Source of the DNA: Picochlorum sp. SENEW3 | Lineage: Eukaryota | Direction of reading: 5' to 3' | NCBI GenBank assembly: GCA_034226945.1 | Contig: CP120455.1 | Span: forward strand, 1,116,001 to 1,180,000 | Length of the DNA: 64,000 bases | Part shown: positions 10,366 to 22,313 of the stretch, one piece after another | Layout: each line of letters begins with the position of its first letter | Position numbering within the stretch: the stretch's first letter is position 1 | Notes under the pieces: generated by a model | The model's database searches: none | What the model saw: the letters and a program-made list of their open reading frames with translations, nothing else | Told to the model about the DNA's origin: nothing | Made by a program: the position numbers and the translations under genes

Positions 10366-12378
10366 ATGAGCGCGTGTGACGTTGGCGATGTGAATGCTAA
10401 TTCGGTCTTGGACCCACAGGCGAGCGAGCAACTCGGCCAAGTTGACGTACGGGCGGTGTTTGATATTGATAAAGGATTTCCAACAACAAGTTGGTTAAAT
10501 GAGGTCAAAATCAAGTATGAAAGAGCTGTGTGTACAGCCATGTCGCCTGAGACGCGCTCTGATGCTCATTCTCTTTGGACATGCCACTACATTCACCATG
10601 CGCAAAATGGGAAACGAGTCCTTCTCGTGCTGGTATGTTCTGTTGTGGCTGGTTCTGGTTTGCTGGATGAGATAAAAGAGGCTGGTGGTATGGAGATATC
10701 GTGGCATCCTACGACAGTCTACGATGATTTTGTGACACAGTCCCTTGCGTTTTTGTGGGATGGTCTTTTGCTGGGTGTCCATGATGATGCAAGGGCCACG
10801 CCACACAGTCACAGTGCGGGTTGGTGGACACGTGCGAAAGCTGCGTATCACTGTGATTCTATTCGAGACGATTGTATTTGTACGTTACAGCAGTATCCAA
10901 TGGAGGCTAAAGATGAGATGAAAGGGGAAGACAACGATGCGCAATATGAGAGTGTCGTGTCAATGTTGGAAAAGCTTGAGCCATGCGCGGATGATACACA
11001 TAGTACCCCATCGTCTGTTGAGCGTGTGTTTGAATGTCAGGATGTTGCAAACCTTGTGCTTCGTGGTCTGTGTCACAATAAGAACACGCTGAGGAATATA
11101 CGACTTTCATGCAAGTTGCTGTGCCATGCTATAGATTCGTGGACAGTGTCTACTTTGGTGCTTGATTATAGGGTACTGTATGCAGTTCGTGATACCTTGG
11201 AAGACGAGATAAGACGAAGAAGAGGAAAATGGGAGATGGTGAGACACATTATCTTTCGCGCCTTTTCTGAAGACATGTTCAAAGAGACAGTCTCCTTGGC
11301 TCTGGAGGCTTGGCCACGCCTGACATGGATTGAGTTTGATGGGTGCGATTTCTCCAGAGATTATCTCGACTGCACCAAAGATGGTTTACAACACTGTCGT
11401 AAGATAATTATGAACAATTGCCTTGTTCGTGGCGAGCGTCTGGTAGACATTGTGAAACTTGGACACCCTGTACTTGCCATTCAGCTATGCACCTGGATGG
11501 GCGAACAAAAGCCTCACTTTCCAGACGTACGAGGCTGTAGTGATAACAGTACGAATGGGTTGCATACGCTCGCATTTACTCACAACATTGTACGGCCAGT
11601 GGATCAGGAAATTCAACGACCCTTGTTTGAGTACTTTAGCCTACCATTCTACCAAGAGAGGCTTGAGCGACTCGATTTATCAGGAAATAAGATTTGCCCT
11701 GACAATTTGAGGATATTGTTGCACCTAGGAGAGTTCCATAAGCTGAAGAAACTCAGGCTGCAAGATTGTGGGTTGCATGAAGCCCATGCACAAATGTTTC
11801 TGGATTGCTGCGCAATGCCACAGCTCAAACACCTCGACCTTTCTTTGAACAAACTCGGCACCCAAGTATCCCTGTATTATCTATCTTGTTCGCATCAACT
11901 AACAAGTCAGTTAGAGCTTCTGGACATCTCAGCACAATGGTACTTTCATGATGACGCATTGGCAGGATTTTCCTTTGCTGCAGATCCATGGACCTCATTG
12001 AAAAAGTTGAATCTAGAGGAAATACAGGTGAATGCCATAGGTATGCGTGGCCTCCTCCAAGCATCTATGCCATCTTTAGAGTGTCTTTCCCTCTACGACT
12101 CCATCATATCTGCCGATGCTTTGACAGTCTTGGCTGGATCCAGGCTCCTCAGAAATCAACTCAGGATTTTGGATTTGTCAGGGACCAATGATGGGGTGGA
12201 AGTGAGACGATTGGCCCCGTGCTTTCTCGCAGAGAATCTTGAAGAATGTAGATTAGAAACACTATTGCTACGGCATTCTGGATTGACCTCTGCCCGAAGT
12301 AAGAGCTTTGACAGAAAGGCCTTCAGACAATTGCAACGGTGCCTACCCAAAACGGATATTCAGATTCTTCCTGTCTAG
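10366..12378 (+). CDS. RNI-like leucine-rich repeat protein (possible degenerate F-box)
   Basis: Repeated LxxLDLSxN motifs (LERLDLSGN, LKHLDLSLN, LRILDLSGT); LRNIRLSCKLL is an F-box-like segment. Confidence 0.75.
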   Translation: MSACDVGDVNANSVLDPQASEQLGQVDVRAVFDIDKGFPTTSWLNEVKIKYERAVCTAMSPETRSDAHSLWTCHYIHHAQNGKRVLLVLVCSVVAGSGLLDEIKEAGGMEISWHPTTVYDDFVTQSLAFLWDGLLLGVHDDARATPHSHSAGWWTRAKAAYHCDSIRDDCICTLQQYPMEAKDEMKGEDNDAQYESVVSMLEKLEPCADDTHSTPSSVERVFECQDVANLVLRGLCHNKNTLRNIRLSCKLLCHAIDSWTVSTLVLDYRVLYAVRDTLEDEIRRRRGKWEMVRHIIFRAFSEDMFKETVSLALEAWPRLTWIEFDGCDFSRDYLDCTKDGLQHCRKIIMNNCLVRGERLVDIVKLGHPVLAIQLCTWMGEQKPHFPDVRGCSDNSTNGLHTLAFTHNIVRPVDQEIQRPLFEYFSLPFYQERLERLDLSGNKICPDNLRILLHLGEFHKLKKLRLQDCGLHEAHAQMFLDCCAMPQLKHLDLSLNKLGTQVSLYYLSCSHQLTSQLELLDISAQWYFHDDALAGFSFAADPWTSLKKLNLEEIQVNAIGMRGLLQASMPSLECLSLYDSIISADALTVLAGSRLLRNQLRILDLSGTNDGVEVRRLAPCFLAENLEECRLETLLLRHSGLTSARSKSFDRKAFRQLQRCLPKTDIQILPV

Positions 12379-12400
12379 ACTCGTATATATTTATTGTACA

Positions 12401-12405
12401 TGTAA
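12401..12405 (+). promoter_or_regulatory. TGTAA chlorophyte poly(A) signal (also at 10338, 23525, 25148, 25161, 32909, 41521, 52426)
   Basis: TGTAA recurs shortly downstream of plus-strand stop codons; UGUAA is the established green-algal near-upstream element. Confidence 0.7.
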
Positions 12406-12421
12406 AATACTGTATCTGTGA

Positions 12422-13435
12422 ATGAATTGGGCTCAAGTCCTCCTTCGTGGGGCTGTTGCGGTACGATTAATATCAATGTTCGCAAACTCAACACTGTATC
12501 TCTTTCGATACAATGGCAATTTAGGCATGGTTGGTAATCTAATACTATATTGTATGTATTGAGTGTAGATTGGAGGGTTGGCAACGTTTACGGTAGGGTT
12601 GCTATATGCTCTTCAGGAAAAGATCATTTATGTGCCAGTCATTCCTGGTGTCCCTAGAGGATACATCGCTCTCCCTGAAGAGTACGGATTAGACTATGAA
12701 GACATTTGGATTAGATCTAAAGATGGAATCAAGCTCCATGCGTGGCTCATGTGGCGAAAGGGTTTGGACTCTGAGCAGGTGAAGGCATTGCCATTGGTGG
12801 TTTTTTTCCAGGAAAATGCAGGTAATATGAGCATGCGTTTGCATTTCCTGAGGGCTCTTGTTGCAGTCTTGAATTGCAAAGTATTTATTTTGAGTTATCG
12901 AGGGTATGGAGAGAGTGAAGGGTCTCCTTCGGAGGGTGGGTTGCAGATGGATGCGAGTGCAGCCATGTCATACCTTGCGTCCCGTGATGACCATCTCCCA
13001 GACAAGACGGTCATTATGGGGAGATCTTTGGGTGGTGCTGTAGCAATTTATACAGCTGTGCAGCATAAAAAGGATATTGCGGGGGTTATCGTGGAGAATA
13101 CGTTTACGAGCATCATGGACATGGCGCCACAGGCGTTGCCACCTCTGCGGCCTTTTGTTGGGGAGGGCAAACCATGTAACTGGCTGATACGGAACAAATG
13201 GGAGAGTATTCGCAGTATTTCATCTTTGAAAGATACTCCCATGTTATTCTTAGTATCATTGGCGGATGAGATTGTGCATCCCGGACAAATGACGAGGTTA
13301 TTTGGTGTTCATGGCACAGAGCCCTGGTCTCTGTGTGAGTTTGAAGATGCTGCTCATATGGATTGCTATCATACCCATGGGCCTTTATATTGGCCACGGG
13401 TGAAGACATTTTTCGATGAGCTTGTCATGTCATGA
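12422..13435 (+). CDS. Alpha/beta hydrolase, ABHD13/WAV2/Bem46 family; 2 exons
   Basis: Exon 1 (12422-12460, MNWAQVLLRGAVA), intron 12461-12568. Motifs FFQENAGN, SYRGYGESEGSPSE, GRSLGG nucleophile, DEIV and H. Confidence 0.9.
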
Positions 13436-14121
13436 TCTTTCCAAGGAGTGATATCATATAAATACAAGGGTTCCAACATCCCATTGAAACCAATCTCTTG
13501 ACCTCTCTCTTCAGTGCAGATTAAACTGTTGAAAATGTCTGAATAGAAAGGATGCGGTCAGCGTTGCCTTTCAAGAGTACATATGCGGGGCAAATATTGT
13601 ACCAATGGAAGCACGTGAAGATGCACCTGCATGTATCAAGAATGGGTCCTGCATTGCTTGGGCTGGGGACTCGATATTTTCCTTTGCAGATGAGAGTGGC
13701 CTCGAGAGAGTGAACCTGCTAGCATTTTTTGAAACGCCGATGGGAGCCATGGTTGCTCTAGATGCGCCTGTGAATTTGATATCAAACCTTCATAACCTCT
13801 CTCTTTAATGATGGAGCAGACAGTCTGCTATCCTATCTATCCAACCCATTTCATCTGAACCTCGGATTTTGAGATGTTACATGGTCAATGTCCATGCAAG
13901 CATCTCTGAAAGTGAACCCTTCCCAAACAGCCTCCCAACATGTCGGGTTCTTGTACAAGATCTTGTACCTCTGTAGAGGTGCCTGCATGATGCTCTCCTT
14001 CCGATCAACATGTGTACTGTTACCCACACGAATTAATTGTGCTATGAGCACGTCGTACTCACACGCATCATTTATATCAGATTTCAAGTTTCTTTCGATA
14101 TCATCGTACCGGTAGAAGAAG

Positions 14122-15004
14122 ATGGAACTTGGATTGAAACAGACGACTGAGGAATGTGAGGGAAAAGAGATACAGCTATTCTTATTCGGTTCGTCGATCG
14201 AGGTGCACTCCATATGTGTGGACATACAGTAAACTGAGTTTTCTGTATTTGTGTTGTAGATCTAGATGACACGTTGATCGATACAAAATCTGCAATGCAC
14301 GAAGCAAAACAACGCTTCCAAACTCTAAATGGCTTCTCTGCTGAGGACATGGATCAGTTTGATAGTATATTCCACCCATTCAGTTCTAAAGAAGAGGTAC
14401 GAGTGCTTGATGAGGGAGTTCTCGAATTAAAAGAGCATGACATTGTTTGTCGTACCCAACGCAGAGGATTCGAGCATGGAATGAGTATCTTCAGACGCAT
14501 ACCGAACACCCGATAACCTCACAAAATTGCTATGATGCGTTTGAGACTTTACGGTTGGATGCATTGAGGGTTTGGCCAGAGTCAAAACCTGTGCTTGAGA
14601 TGCTTCACAACAGTGGTCTACCGTATGCAATCCTAACAAACGGACATCCATCAATACAGGAACCAAAGATACGGTTTTCTGGAATTCTTGATTGGGACTG
14701 TTGTAAGAATATTCCCGTGTTCTACGGATATGAGGGTGAGGCAACAGTTCCCAAACCAAACCCAAGAATTTTCCACATGGCTTGTGCGCATTTCAATGCA
14801 GCACACGAGGCAACGGTGATGGTTGGAGACACATTCGACACGGATATAGTAGGAGCGCGAAACGCTAATCTCGGTTTTGCAATCTATTTGCAGCGCAGTG
14901 AAGGAGCAAGGAATTGCGCTGGAGCTGATAGCCCGTCAACGAGGGTTCTCCGGGCAAGCTCTCATGCAAAAATGCTGGAGGTCGTCCATAGTCTTCTGCG
15001 GTGA
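14122..15004 (+). CDS. HAD-superfamily hydrolase (NANP/HDHD4-like); 3 exons
   Basis: Introns 14189-14259 and 14397-14464 (both GT-AG) restore FDLDDTLID motif I and join to ILTNG, KPNPRIF and MVGDTFDTDIVGA. Confidence 0.85.
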
Positions 15005-15697
15005 GCATGAGGACAGAATTTCTTTTATTTAATTCGCTGTAACGTTTACTTTCACCCACGATCTCGTCTAGTATACAAATATATATCACGTGGTCGAAGA
15101 TGGAGCATCATGCAGTGATAGTTTGACACACGGTTCAAACACTCCTTCCAAAGATGGAGAACGTGTGAACGACGTGGCCACCATGCATGGTTGAAGGAGA
15201 CACAGTGTCTCTTGTTGATGGTTCTGGCCGACAGGTGGGCATCATTGACAGAATTCCTGCCTCTAGCGCAGGTCACGTGCGCATTTTGTTGCCCCGAAAC
15301 ACATCAGTTGACATTGTCAATGGCTTTCTATCAGCATCCAATACTGTGTGATGTGTGTGCAACAGATACATCAATGCCATGTGAAGATGCATCATCATCC
15401 TCTAGCAATGCCTTTTTGGTGGGTGGCATGCAGTGAGTGTGCATTGCATCAGGGCACCTCGAGTCCAGAGGCTTGAGCTGCATCAAATACACATCACGTC
15501 ATGCTCTCGGAAGAAAAAAGAACCTTCCAGAGAAGATCTCCATCCAATGTTGGATGCTTATTCTCATGCACAGCATCTGATCCATATCATATCAAAACAG
15601 TAAAAATTTAATAGAAAGTTGATTGCATTGTATTCGGTACAATCCAACGTATATCTTTGATCCCTGTGTATATCTCTACCTGTTGTACACCGTTGCG

Positions 15698-16745
15698 ATG
15701 AACGCGATCAAGAAGATCTGTACGTGTTTCTGTATAATCTCCTGGAATATCGTAGCACATTGTGCTTTATATCAATTTTGATGCAGTTAAAAAGAGTGAG
15801 GATGACAGGTTGTACGTGGTTTTCGGAGTAACGGGTGCCCAAGGTGGGGCAGTGGCTGCAAGCTTGCTTGCCAAGGGCGCCAAACGTGTCCGAGGGCTGA
15901 CGCGCAACCCAACCAGTGACAAGGCCAAAGCCCTTGACAAGAGGATTGAGGTTGTCAAATGCGATATGGACAATGAAGAGGAGATTAAGCAGGCTCTCGA
16001 CGGTGCTTATGGGGTGTTTTTGGTGACAAACTTTTGGGAGCACTTTGATGCCAACAAGGAGGTTGAGCAGGTGAAGAGGGTGGCCAAGATTGCCGAGGAA
16101 CGTGGTGTGAAGCATTTGGTGTTTTCTACATTGGAAGATACATCTGCTATTGATGCTCCAGTCGTCAAGGATGGATTCAAGACGCCACATTTTGATGGAA
16201 AGGCATTGGCAACAAAATACTTGCAGGAGAATGTCAAGGGTCTTGGAGTGACCCAGTTCTACACCAGTTTCTACTACGAGAACTTCATCTACTTTGGTAT
16301 GGCTCCAAAGTTGAATGGTGCAGAAGATGGAGTGTACAGGTTTGGTATGCCAATTGGAAGCAAGCCATTGCCAATGATGGCAATTGAGGATTGCGGCAAG
16401 GCAGGTGCTGCTGCATTGATGGATGACTCAACCATTGGCAAGTCTGTCGGAATTGCATCCTGCCATATGACTGGAGAGGAAATGGCAAAGGCTTTTGCCG
16501 AGGTTACCGACAAGAAGGTTGAATTCCTCCCCATGACACGGGATCAGTATGCCGGCCTCGGATTTCCAGGATGTGAAGACTTGGCCAACATGTTCAAATT
16601 CAAGCATGATTACAATGAGACATTCTGCGCTCTCAGAGATCTCAAGAAGAGCAAGAAGCTTACTGGAAGTGAGTTGAAGAGCTTCAAGAGTTGGTTGCAG
16701 GACAACTTGGATGCGCTTCAAAAGGCCATGCAGGATGCAGAGTAG
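15698..16745 (+). CDS. NmrA-like NAD(P)-binding protein; 2 exons
   Basis: Exon 1 (15698-15719), intron 15720-15786. VFGVTGAQGGAV, GAYGVFLVTNFWEH, PHFDGK, FYYENF and GFPGCEDLANMF match NMRAL1-type proteins. Confidence 0.92.
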
Positions 16746-16818
16746 ATGATCCTTTACAATGTACATCTTTCTTTTTTTGAGTGATTACATGTTGTTACTG
16801 TTTAAAAGTACTCATTAT

Positions 16819-18056
16819 CTACATGACAAACTCTAAAACATCATCTCCAGTATATTCCGGTTGTAGATGTAATTCTTCTAAATACTGGTGGCTGTGAAAT
16901 TTACTCAAATGGCGCTGACCGCCGTCGCACAGCATGGTGACAATTGTGTGGCCTGGGCCAAGAATGCGTGCAGCCTTGACAGCGCCGACGCAGTTCACTG
17001 CGGCTGAAGAACCCACAAAGAGTCCTTCCTGACGAAGTAAGAATGCAGCCATTTCAACGCTTTCTCTATCGGATACTTTGAATGCATCGTCAACAATGGC
17101 CTGTTCAAAGTTTTTGGTCACCCTGTTGATCCCCACACCCTCTGTGATGGTATCAAACGGATTACGCAGTCGTTTCCCCTCTGCCTCTTCTTTAGTATAC
17201 ATGACACCTCGCTTCACTTTATTGTACAACCCGCTCCCAGGAGGGTCGGCGAGGAAGACGCGGACAGAAGGCTTGTGCTGTTTCAAAACCCGAGACACCC
17301 CTGCAATGGTCCCACCAGTCCCTGCACCAGATACAAACGCGTCTACAGATCCCCCAGTTTGATCCCAAATTTCTTCACCTGTTTTTAAATGAGCCTGAAA
17401 ATTCGCCAAATTCTCAAACTGATCCGCGAATATAGCGTTCTGCTCCTTCTCTGCCCTCTTCCTCGCCACATTCACAAAGTGTTCTGGGTGAGCAATGCTC
17501 ACAGGCCTCACCCGGCATACTTCTGCACCTAAAGCTTTCAGCATTGTTACTTTTTCCTCTGCAGCATCATCTGGCATGGCTATAAAACATCGACACCCAA
17601 AGCTCGGTGCCAGCATGGCAAGGCTGACTCCAGTAGAGCCAACCGTTCCTTCACAGACAAGCCCTCCAGTCCTCAAACGCCCCTCCTCAAGAGCACGGCG
17701 AAATATCTCTAATGCCACTCGATCCTTCACACTCCCGCCTGGATTCATAAACTCTGCTTTACCTAGAATCCGACACCCAGTACAGGCACTCAAGCTCTTC
17801 ATTTCAATCAGTCTTGTCTGGCCTATAAGGTCCTGAATCCCATGATCAATTCTGGGACCTGATCGCTTCTTCCGTACCATCTGCATGAAATGTATTTATA
17901 TTTGACGTATGGAGATGATTCCTGAGGGCTACCAATTATGAAAAATTGCCGCACCTTTAAGACAACACATGTGGCACATGCAGCAACTGCTCCACAGACG
18001 AAGACAGTCGCAGTCTGGGTCATCGATACGCTAGATATACCACCATGATCTACCAT
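16819..18056 (-). CDS. PLP-dependent cysteine synthase-like protein with N-terminal membrane anchor (fungal MCY1/cys12-like clade); 2 exons
   Basis: Intron 17954-17881. KAEFMNPGGSVKDRVA, EGTVGSTG, GAGTGGT, DTITEGVG, LCDGGQRH. Confidence 0.9.
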
Positions 18057-18365
18057 GATATATCTGTTACTAAATATACAATGCAGTCTCTGTGGCTGTC
18101 AGATGGAGATGTAGTGCTGTCTTTTTTTCCGGTTTGGGGCGCCCAAATGAAGACCACGCGCGTGGTGCTCATGTACAATGTACATTACATTCAATGCAGA
18201 TGCCAGATTTTGTTACTATGAGAGTGTTACAGTCCGAAAATCTGACGAATATACTCCAAGATTTGGATAGACGAGCATACACAGAACAACAGGCATTGCC
18301 TGAGACTGAACTGCCTTGTTTGCATCACATCACGAGAGTATAATACTCTACCCGATCTCATACGC

Positions 18366-19284
18366 TCACTTTCCGTACTCCTTCAACATTCTCTTGATGA
18401 AATACGATACATGAGCAGATGTTTTTGTGTGCAACGTGTATGGAGATCGGAAAGTGTATCGGCAGAGGCCCTCGCCCCCTCTAGACACAAGCCCAACCTG
18501 GACACCCTTGTAAAATGATGGGCCCCCACTGTCACCATTGCAGTCATTCTTGATTCCCACTCCTCCATTCGAGTCGTAATTTTCTTCTGCTGTAGTATAA
18601 AAGTCGTCCCCGTAGTAGCACAACTCCTTACGTGGCGTGAAACGTTCTGCAAGAGGTCCATATCCTGCTTTTGGACACGGCATCTTGTTTGCTTCTCCAA
18701 CAGTCAGTCTTACTTGGTACAGTTTGTTTGGTGTGCCACCAGCCTCGCTTACAATGTCGTCATCACTTGGCTCCATGAAGTCATTGTTTGCACCGAATCC
18801 AACGACAGTTACTTTAGATCCTGTTGGAGGATCCTGACCTGGTTTTGCCAGGGTAGCAAATGGTTTTGGCAGAGACTTCTTCAGTACAACAATCGCAATA
18901 TCATATCCATCGTCTTTTCCGTACTTTGGATGCTGAACCCACGTCTTGAACTCGCTCTCATTGTCTGCAGAGTAACCGGTTCTCTTTGAGTGCCTGATAT
19001 TTCCCTTGTACGCAGTTCCGCCGGTGATCTTTTCATCTGGTTCCTCCTCGAAGCAGTGAGCGGCAGTTAAAATTATCTTTTTTCGCAATCAACGTCCCGC
19101 CACAAAGACCGACATATTCTCCATCCGGTTCTGTAGAGTAAATTTGTAAAACAACAAATTCCTGATAATCACCCTTTTTGATCGGCTCTCCTCCAATAAT
19201 GCGGCTGCCATTGTTAACAGCGTGGCCGGCACGGACGACCGCCCCTAAGCAGCATATCAGTGCAACGAGTGTAAACAATTTCAT
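18366..19284 (-). pseudogene. Secreted trypsin-like (S1A) serine protease, frameshifted as assembled (pseudogene or sequencing indel)
   Basis: Signal peptide, R|IIGG activation site and CGGTLI are in one frame; LTAAHC, DIAIV and GDSGGP are in another. The junction is an A6 run (19078-19083) with no room for an intron. Confidence 0.8.
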
Positions 19285-20292
19285 CTTTATCTATCTTCCT
19301 AATGAAAGAAGAACTTTGAGAAGAAAGTTCAATAATTTGTACATGGATGATGAGCAGGTTATGTAATCAATACGTTTCATATACATGTATGCATGCGTCC
19401 CTATATACATATATCTCTATGGATCCATTCTCCGGAGAAGGTTGACTTTTTCACGAACGAAACAGGTGTTCCCATTGATGACCGATCTTGGCCAACTCCT
19501 TGCGCCCACCTATGCATCGGCAAACTGTGTAGCCCTGACATTCCCTCTGGCTGTAACCACGCAACTTTCCAAACTCAACTAGATTCAGTCTACAGTTGCA
19601 ACTATAGTTGTAATCAATTGATTGTCTCACCTTGTCCGCAATGTATACATCACCACTGAACCGGTGAAGGGCTCCAGAAATTCCAACTTGCACACTATTG
19701 GAGAACGGTGTGCAACAGAAGTGATCAATGAGCTCGCAGCTTCTCTCCGTGATCTATTGATGACTTGATCATTAGTATTGACATCAGTTGTATCGGCTTG
19801 TTGTTTCTTAGTATCCGTCATCATAATGAAATTTGTGTAGGTCGTTGTTACCCAACTGGAATTTGAATACTTTTCACAGACACACGTTGGATTTTCCTGT
19901 TTATTAAACAGATACTATTGCCTCAACCAGGTACCAGATATATATATATGTATGTCTTTACTAGATGTGCATGAATATAATTGTCTACGACATTGTCCTA
20001 TCGTCCACCTGATGACCCAGCACCACGCATCCATTTGAATTCCCATACTCTCATGTCGACATGCAGAGATATTGTATCCATGTAGAGATGTTTCCACCCC
20101 GGGATAGCTGAGTTATACGGTATAACTGTGTGAATCTTGGTTGAATACGTCGTATATATTTGTCTAAAAATTCACATTTCTAGGATGTACCGTGGAATCA
20201 AGTAATGCAGATCCCTGTTCTAGGCCTCACGTTATTATCAAAAAGAAGCATCCATGGAGCCATCCTTTTTGGCAATTATAACGCTATTGTGA

Positions 20293-21798
20293 ATGATGAG
20301 GAGGAGATTGGTGCGACTCTTAGCCAACAAGAGTCTCCGTCAAGAGTCTCTTGTGTCTCTTCCACAGGCGCTGTGGGATCCCACAACACACTGCAGAGTG
20401 CTGCGATGTATCGCCAAACACCCTAGATGGATTGATTTCAGCAGTAATAACACATACACTAGATACGGGGAGCATGGATACTGCACGAGTGGTGCCTTTC
20501 TGGCAGTCATCATCAGTTCACAGGCCTCCCAGTGCCAGGAGGAGGAGCAGCAACAGGAAAAGAAAGACTCTACCAAGGAATACCACACGGCGCAATGGAG
20601 AGTCTATACGGATCAAGCGAGAGATCTAGTTCGACAGAAAGAGTATGACCAGGCTCGCGCATACTTGGAAAAAGCGGTTGAAAAGGCAGTGAAAGGATTT
20701 GGAGCTGATGATCCTCACGTGGCTTCAGCCAAACAAAACTTGGCGGAATTGTACAGGTTGACCAAGCAGTACGACAAGGCTGCTCCCTTGTACGATGATG
20801 CGATTCAAATATTGATGCAGCATTATGGGATGAGTGATATTCGCGTGGCGTTTGCGCTGCACAACATTGCTGGGTTTTATCTTGCGCAGCAGGCTTTGGA
20901 CAAGGCTGAGGAGTACTATCAACGGTCGCTGCAAGTGAAACTGGCGGCAGTCGGGCCTGGTCACACAGAAACAAGTAGCACTCTTTTTCATCTTTCAGAG
21001 GTCTATTGGATGCAAGGTGATCAGGACAAGGCAATAGAGTATGGCAGCAAGGCAGTGGATGCATTGAAGACTATTGGAAGCAACATGATGGCATACTCGC
21101 GGAGGCAAGCACGGCTCGCAGATATGCTATTGGATTCTGGGCATCCCGACAAGGCAGAAAAGCAGTTGTTAGAAGTACAAGAGGTGACTCCGGAGGAGGA
21201 CTTTCAGACTCATGCGCGGGTGTGGGAATCACTGAGCAAGGTGTACAGAGCCATGGAGGGACGCACACAGGATGCAGAGGCATGCATGGATAAGGCACTC
21301 AGTATTCGGGAATGTCACAAGGATGAATATCCTTTATCGTATTCAGCATGCCTCCGACGAGTTGCAGAGATTGACCTCAAAGCACTACAAGAAACCCCAT
21401 CCCTTGGTCACACAGAGGCAATGGCCCTCAAGAGACACGCATGCAAAGCAGCACAGCAAGCGACGGCATGGTCGAAAAAGACTCTTCAGTCAATGATGAC
21501 CCAGAAGAAGAAAGATACGAGAATAAGAGTCCAACATGCTGCACTCGAGGTTGCCCAGAATCTACTTGTCAGCATACAATTAGACTGCACAGGCCAGGAA
21601 AGCCCAGCAGTCCTGATCCAAAGTATGCTCGATGTGTTAGAAAACCCTGACATATGGCCTTTGAATGATTCATCATCGCGAGAATCGATGACCAGAACAG
21701 AGAAACTGCGATCACATACATGTCAGGACATTTTACAGCATGTACCAAAAGAGAACATGCCCACACACATTGTATCCAAATTACAGGGCTATATATAG
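20293..21798 (+). CDS. TPR protein (kinesin-light-chain/nephrocystin-3-like repeats), possibly organelle-targeted
   Basis: Repeats of about 42 aa: FGADDPHVASAKQNLAELY, YGMSDIRVAFALHNIAGFY, VGPGHTETSSTLFHLSEVY. Arg-rich N-terminus. Confidence 0.8.
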   Translation: MMRRRLVRLLANKSLRQESLVSLPQALWDPTTHCRVLRCIAKHPRWIDFSSNNTYTRYGEHGYCTSGAFLAVIISSQASQCQEEEQQQEKKDSTKEYHTAQWRVYTDQARDLVRQKEYDQARAYLEKAVEKAVKGFGADDPHVASAKQNLAELYRLTKQYDKAAPLYDDAIQILMQHYGMSDIRVAFALHNIAGFYLAQQALDKAEEYYQRSLQVKLAAVGPGHTETSSTLFHLSEVYWMQGDQDKAIEYGSKAVDALKTIGSNMMAYSRRQARLADMLLDSGHPDKAEKQLLEVQEVTPEEDFQTHARVWESLSKVYRAMEGRTQDAEACMDKALSIRECHKDEYPLSYSACLRRVAEIDLKALQETPSLGHTEAMALKRHACKAAQQATAWSKKTLQSMMTQKKKDTRIRVQHAALEVAQNLLVSIQLDCTGQESPAVLIQSMLDVLENPDIWPLNDSSSRESMTRTEKLRSHTCQDILQHVPKENMPTHIVSKLQGYI

Positions 21799-21812
21799 AA
21801 CAATAGTAATGA

Positions 21813-22127
21813 TCAGCTCCAAAACGCGGTAGCTTTGCCAGTCTTTGCCACAATATCTTTCACAGCCTCCGCACTCAGACCATCATCAGTCTCAACAGTC
21901 ACCTTTTGGCTCTCCAAATCAGTCTTCACACTCTTCACCCCTGCAGTGTTGTTCAACACGCGCTCCACTGCACCAGAGCAACCCTACACAAGCATATATA
22001 CGGAATTCATGGCTGAAACATCAACTCTATGCAACGCGTTTTGTCATCCGTTCCAATTCAATAAAATCCACCTAGATGGCTGACGTACCCCACAGGCCAT
22101 GGCAACCTTTAATTCAACGACCGGCAT
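21813..22127 (-). CDS. ATX1: Copper chaperone ATX1 (69 aa); 2 exons, absent from ORF track
   Basis: Exons 22127-22089 and 21983-21813 with GT-AG intron 22088-21984 give MPVVELKVAMACGGCSGAVERVL...DLESQKVTV...VAKTGKATAFWS (MxCxxC, KTGK). Confidence 0.93.
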
Positions 22128-22313
22128 ACTGATATAGCAATCGAAATGTGTGTAAGAAAGAAAAAAAGTGAATATCCGTCGGATCACGAAGCGCATCTAC
22201 AGGTACACGTAAAACTTCCGTATTAAAAAAACCGAGCGACCGATGATGATCCCATCCTCGCCCAGAGTGGCTTGGTCACCAATCAATAGAACTCAATGTA
22301 AATTTAAATCACT

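Noticed and set aside
13851..13990. YKILYKNPTCWEAVWEGFTFRD resembling the N-terminus of complex I subunit NUXM
   Set aside because: No downstream exon with the expected TM helices or RLMG motif was found; 13440-14100 is left unannotated.
14274..15004. Apparent frameshift in the HAD gene (also THG1, KH, CD36-like, PAT, IleRS)
   Set aside because: Each frame change is explained by a canonical GT-AG intron of matching phase.
19400..19824. Possible small spliced gene (MMTDTKKQ...)
   Set aside because: A plausible donor exists, but no joined product resembles a family I recognise.
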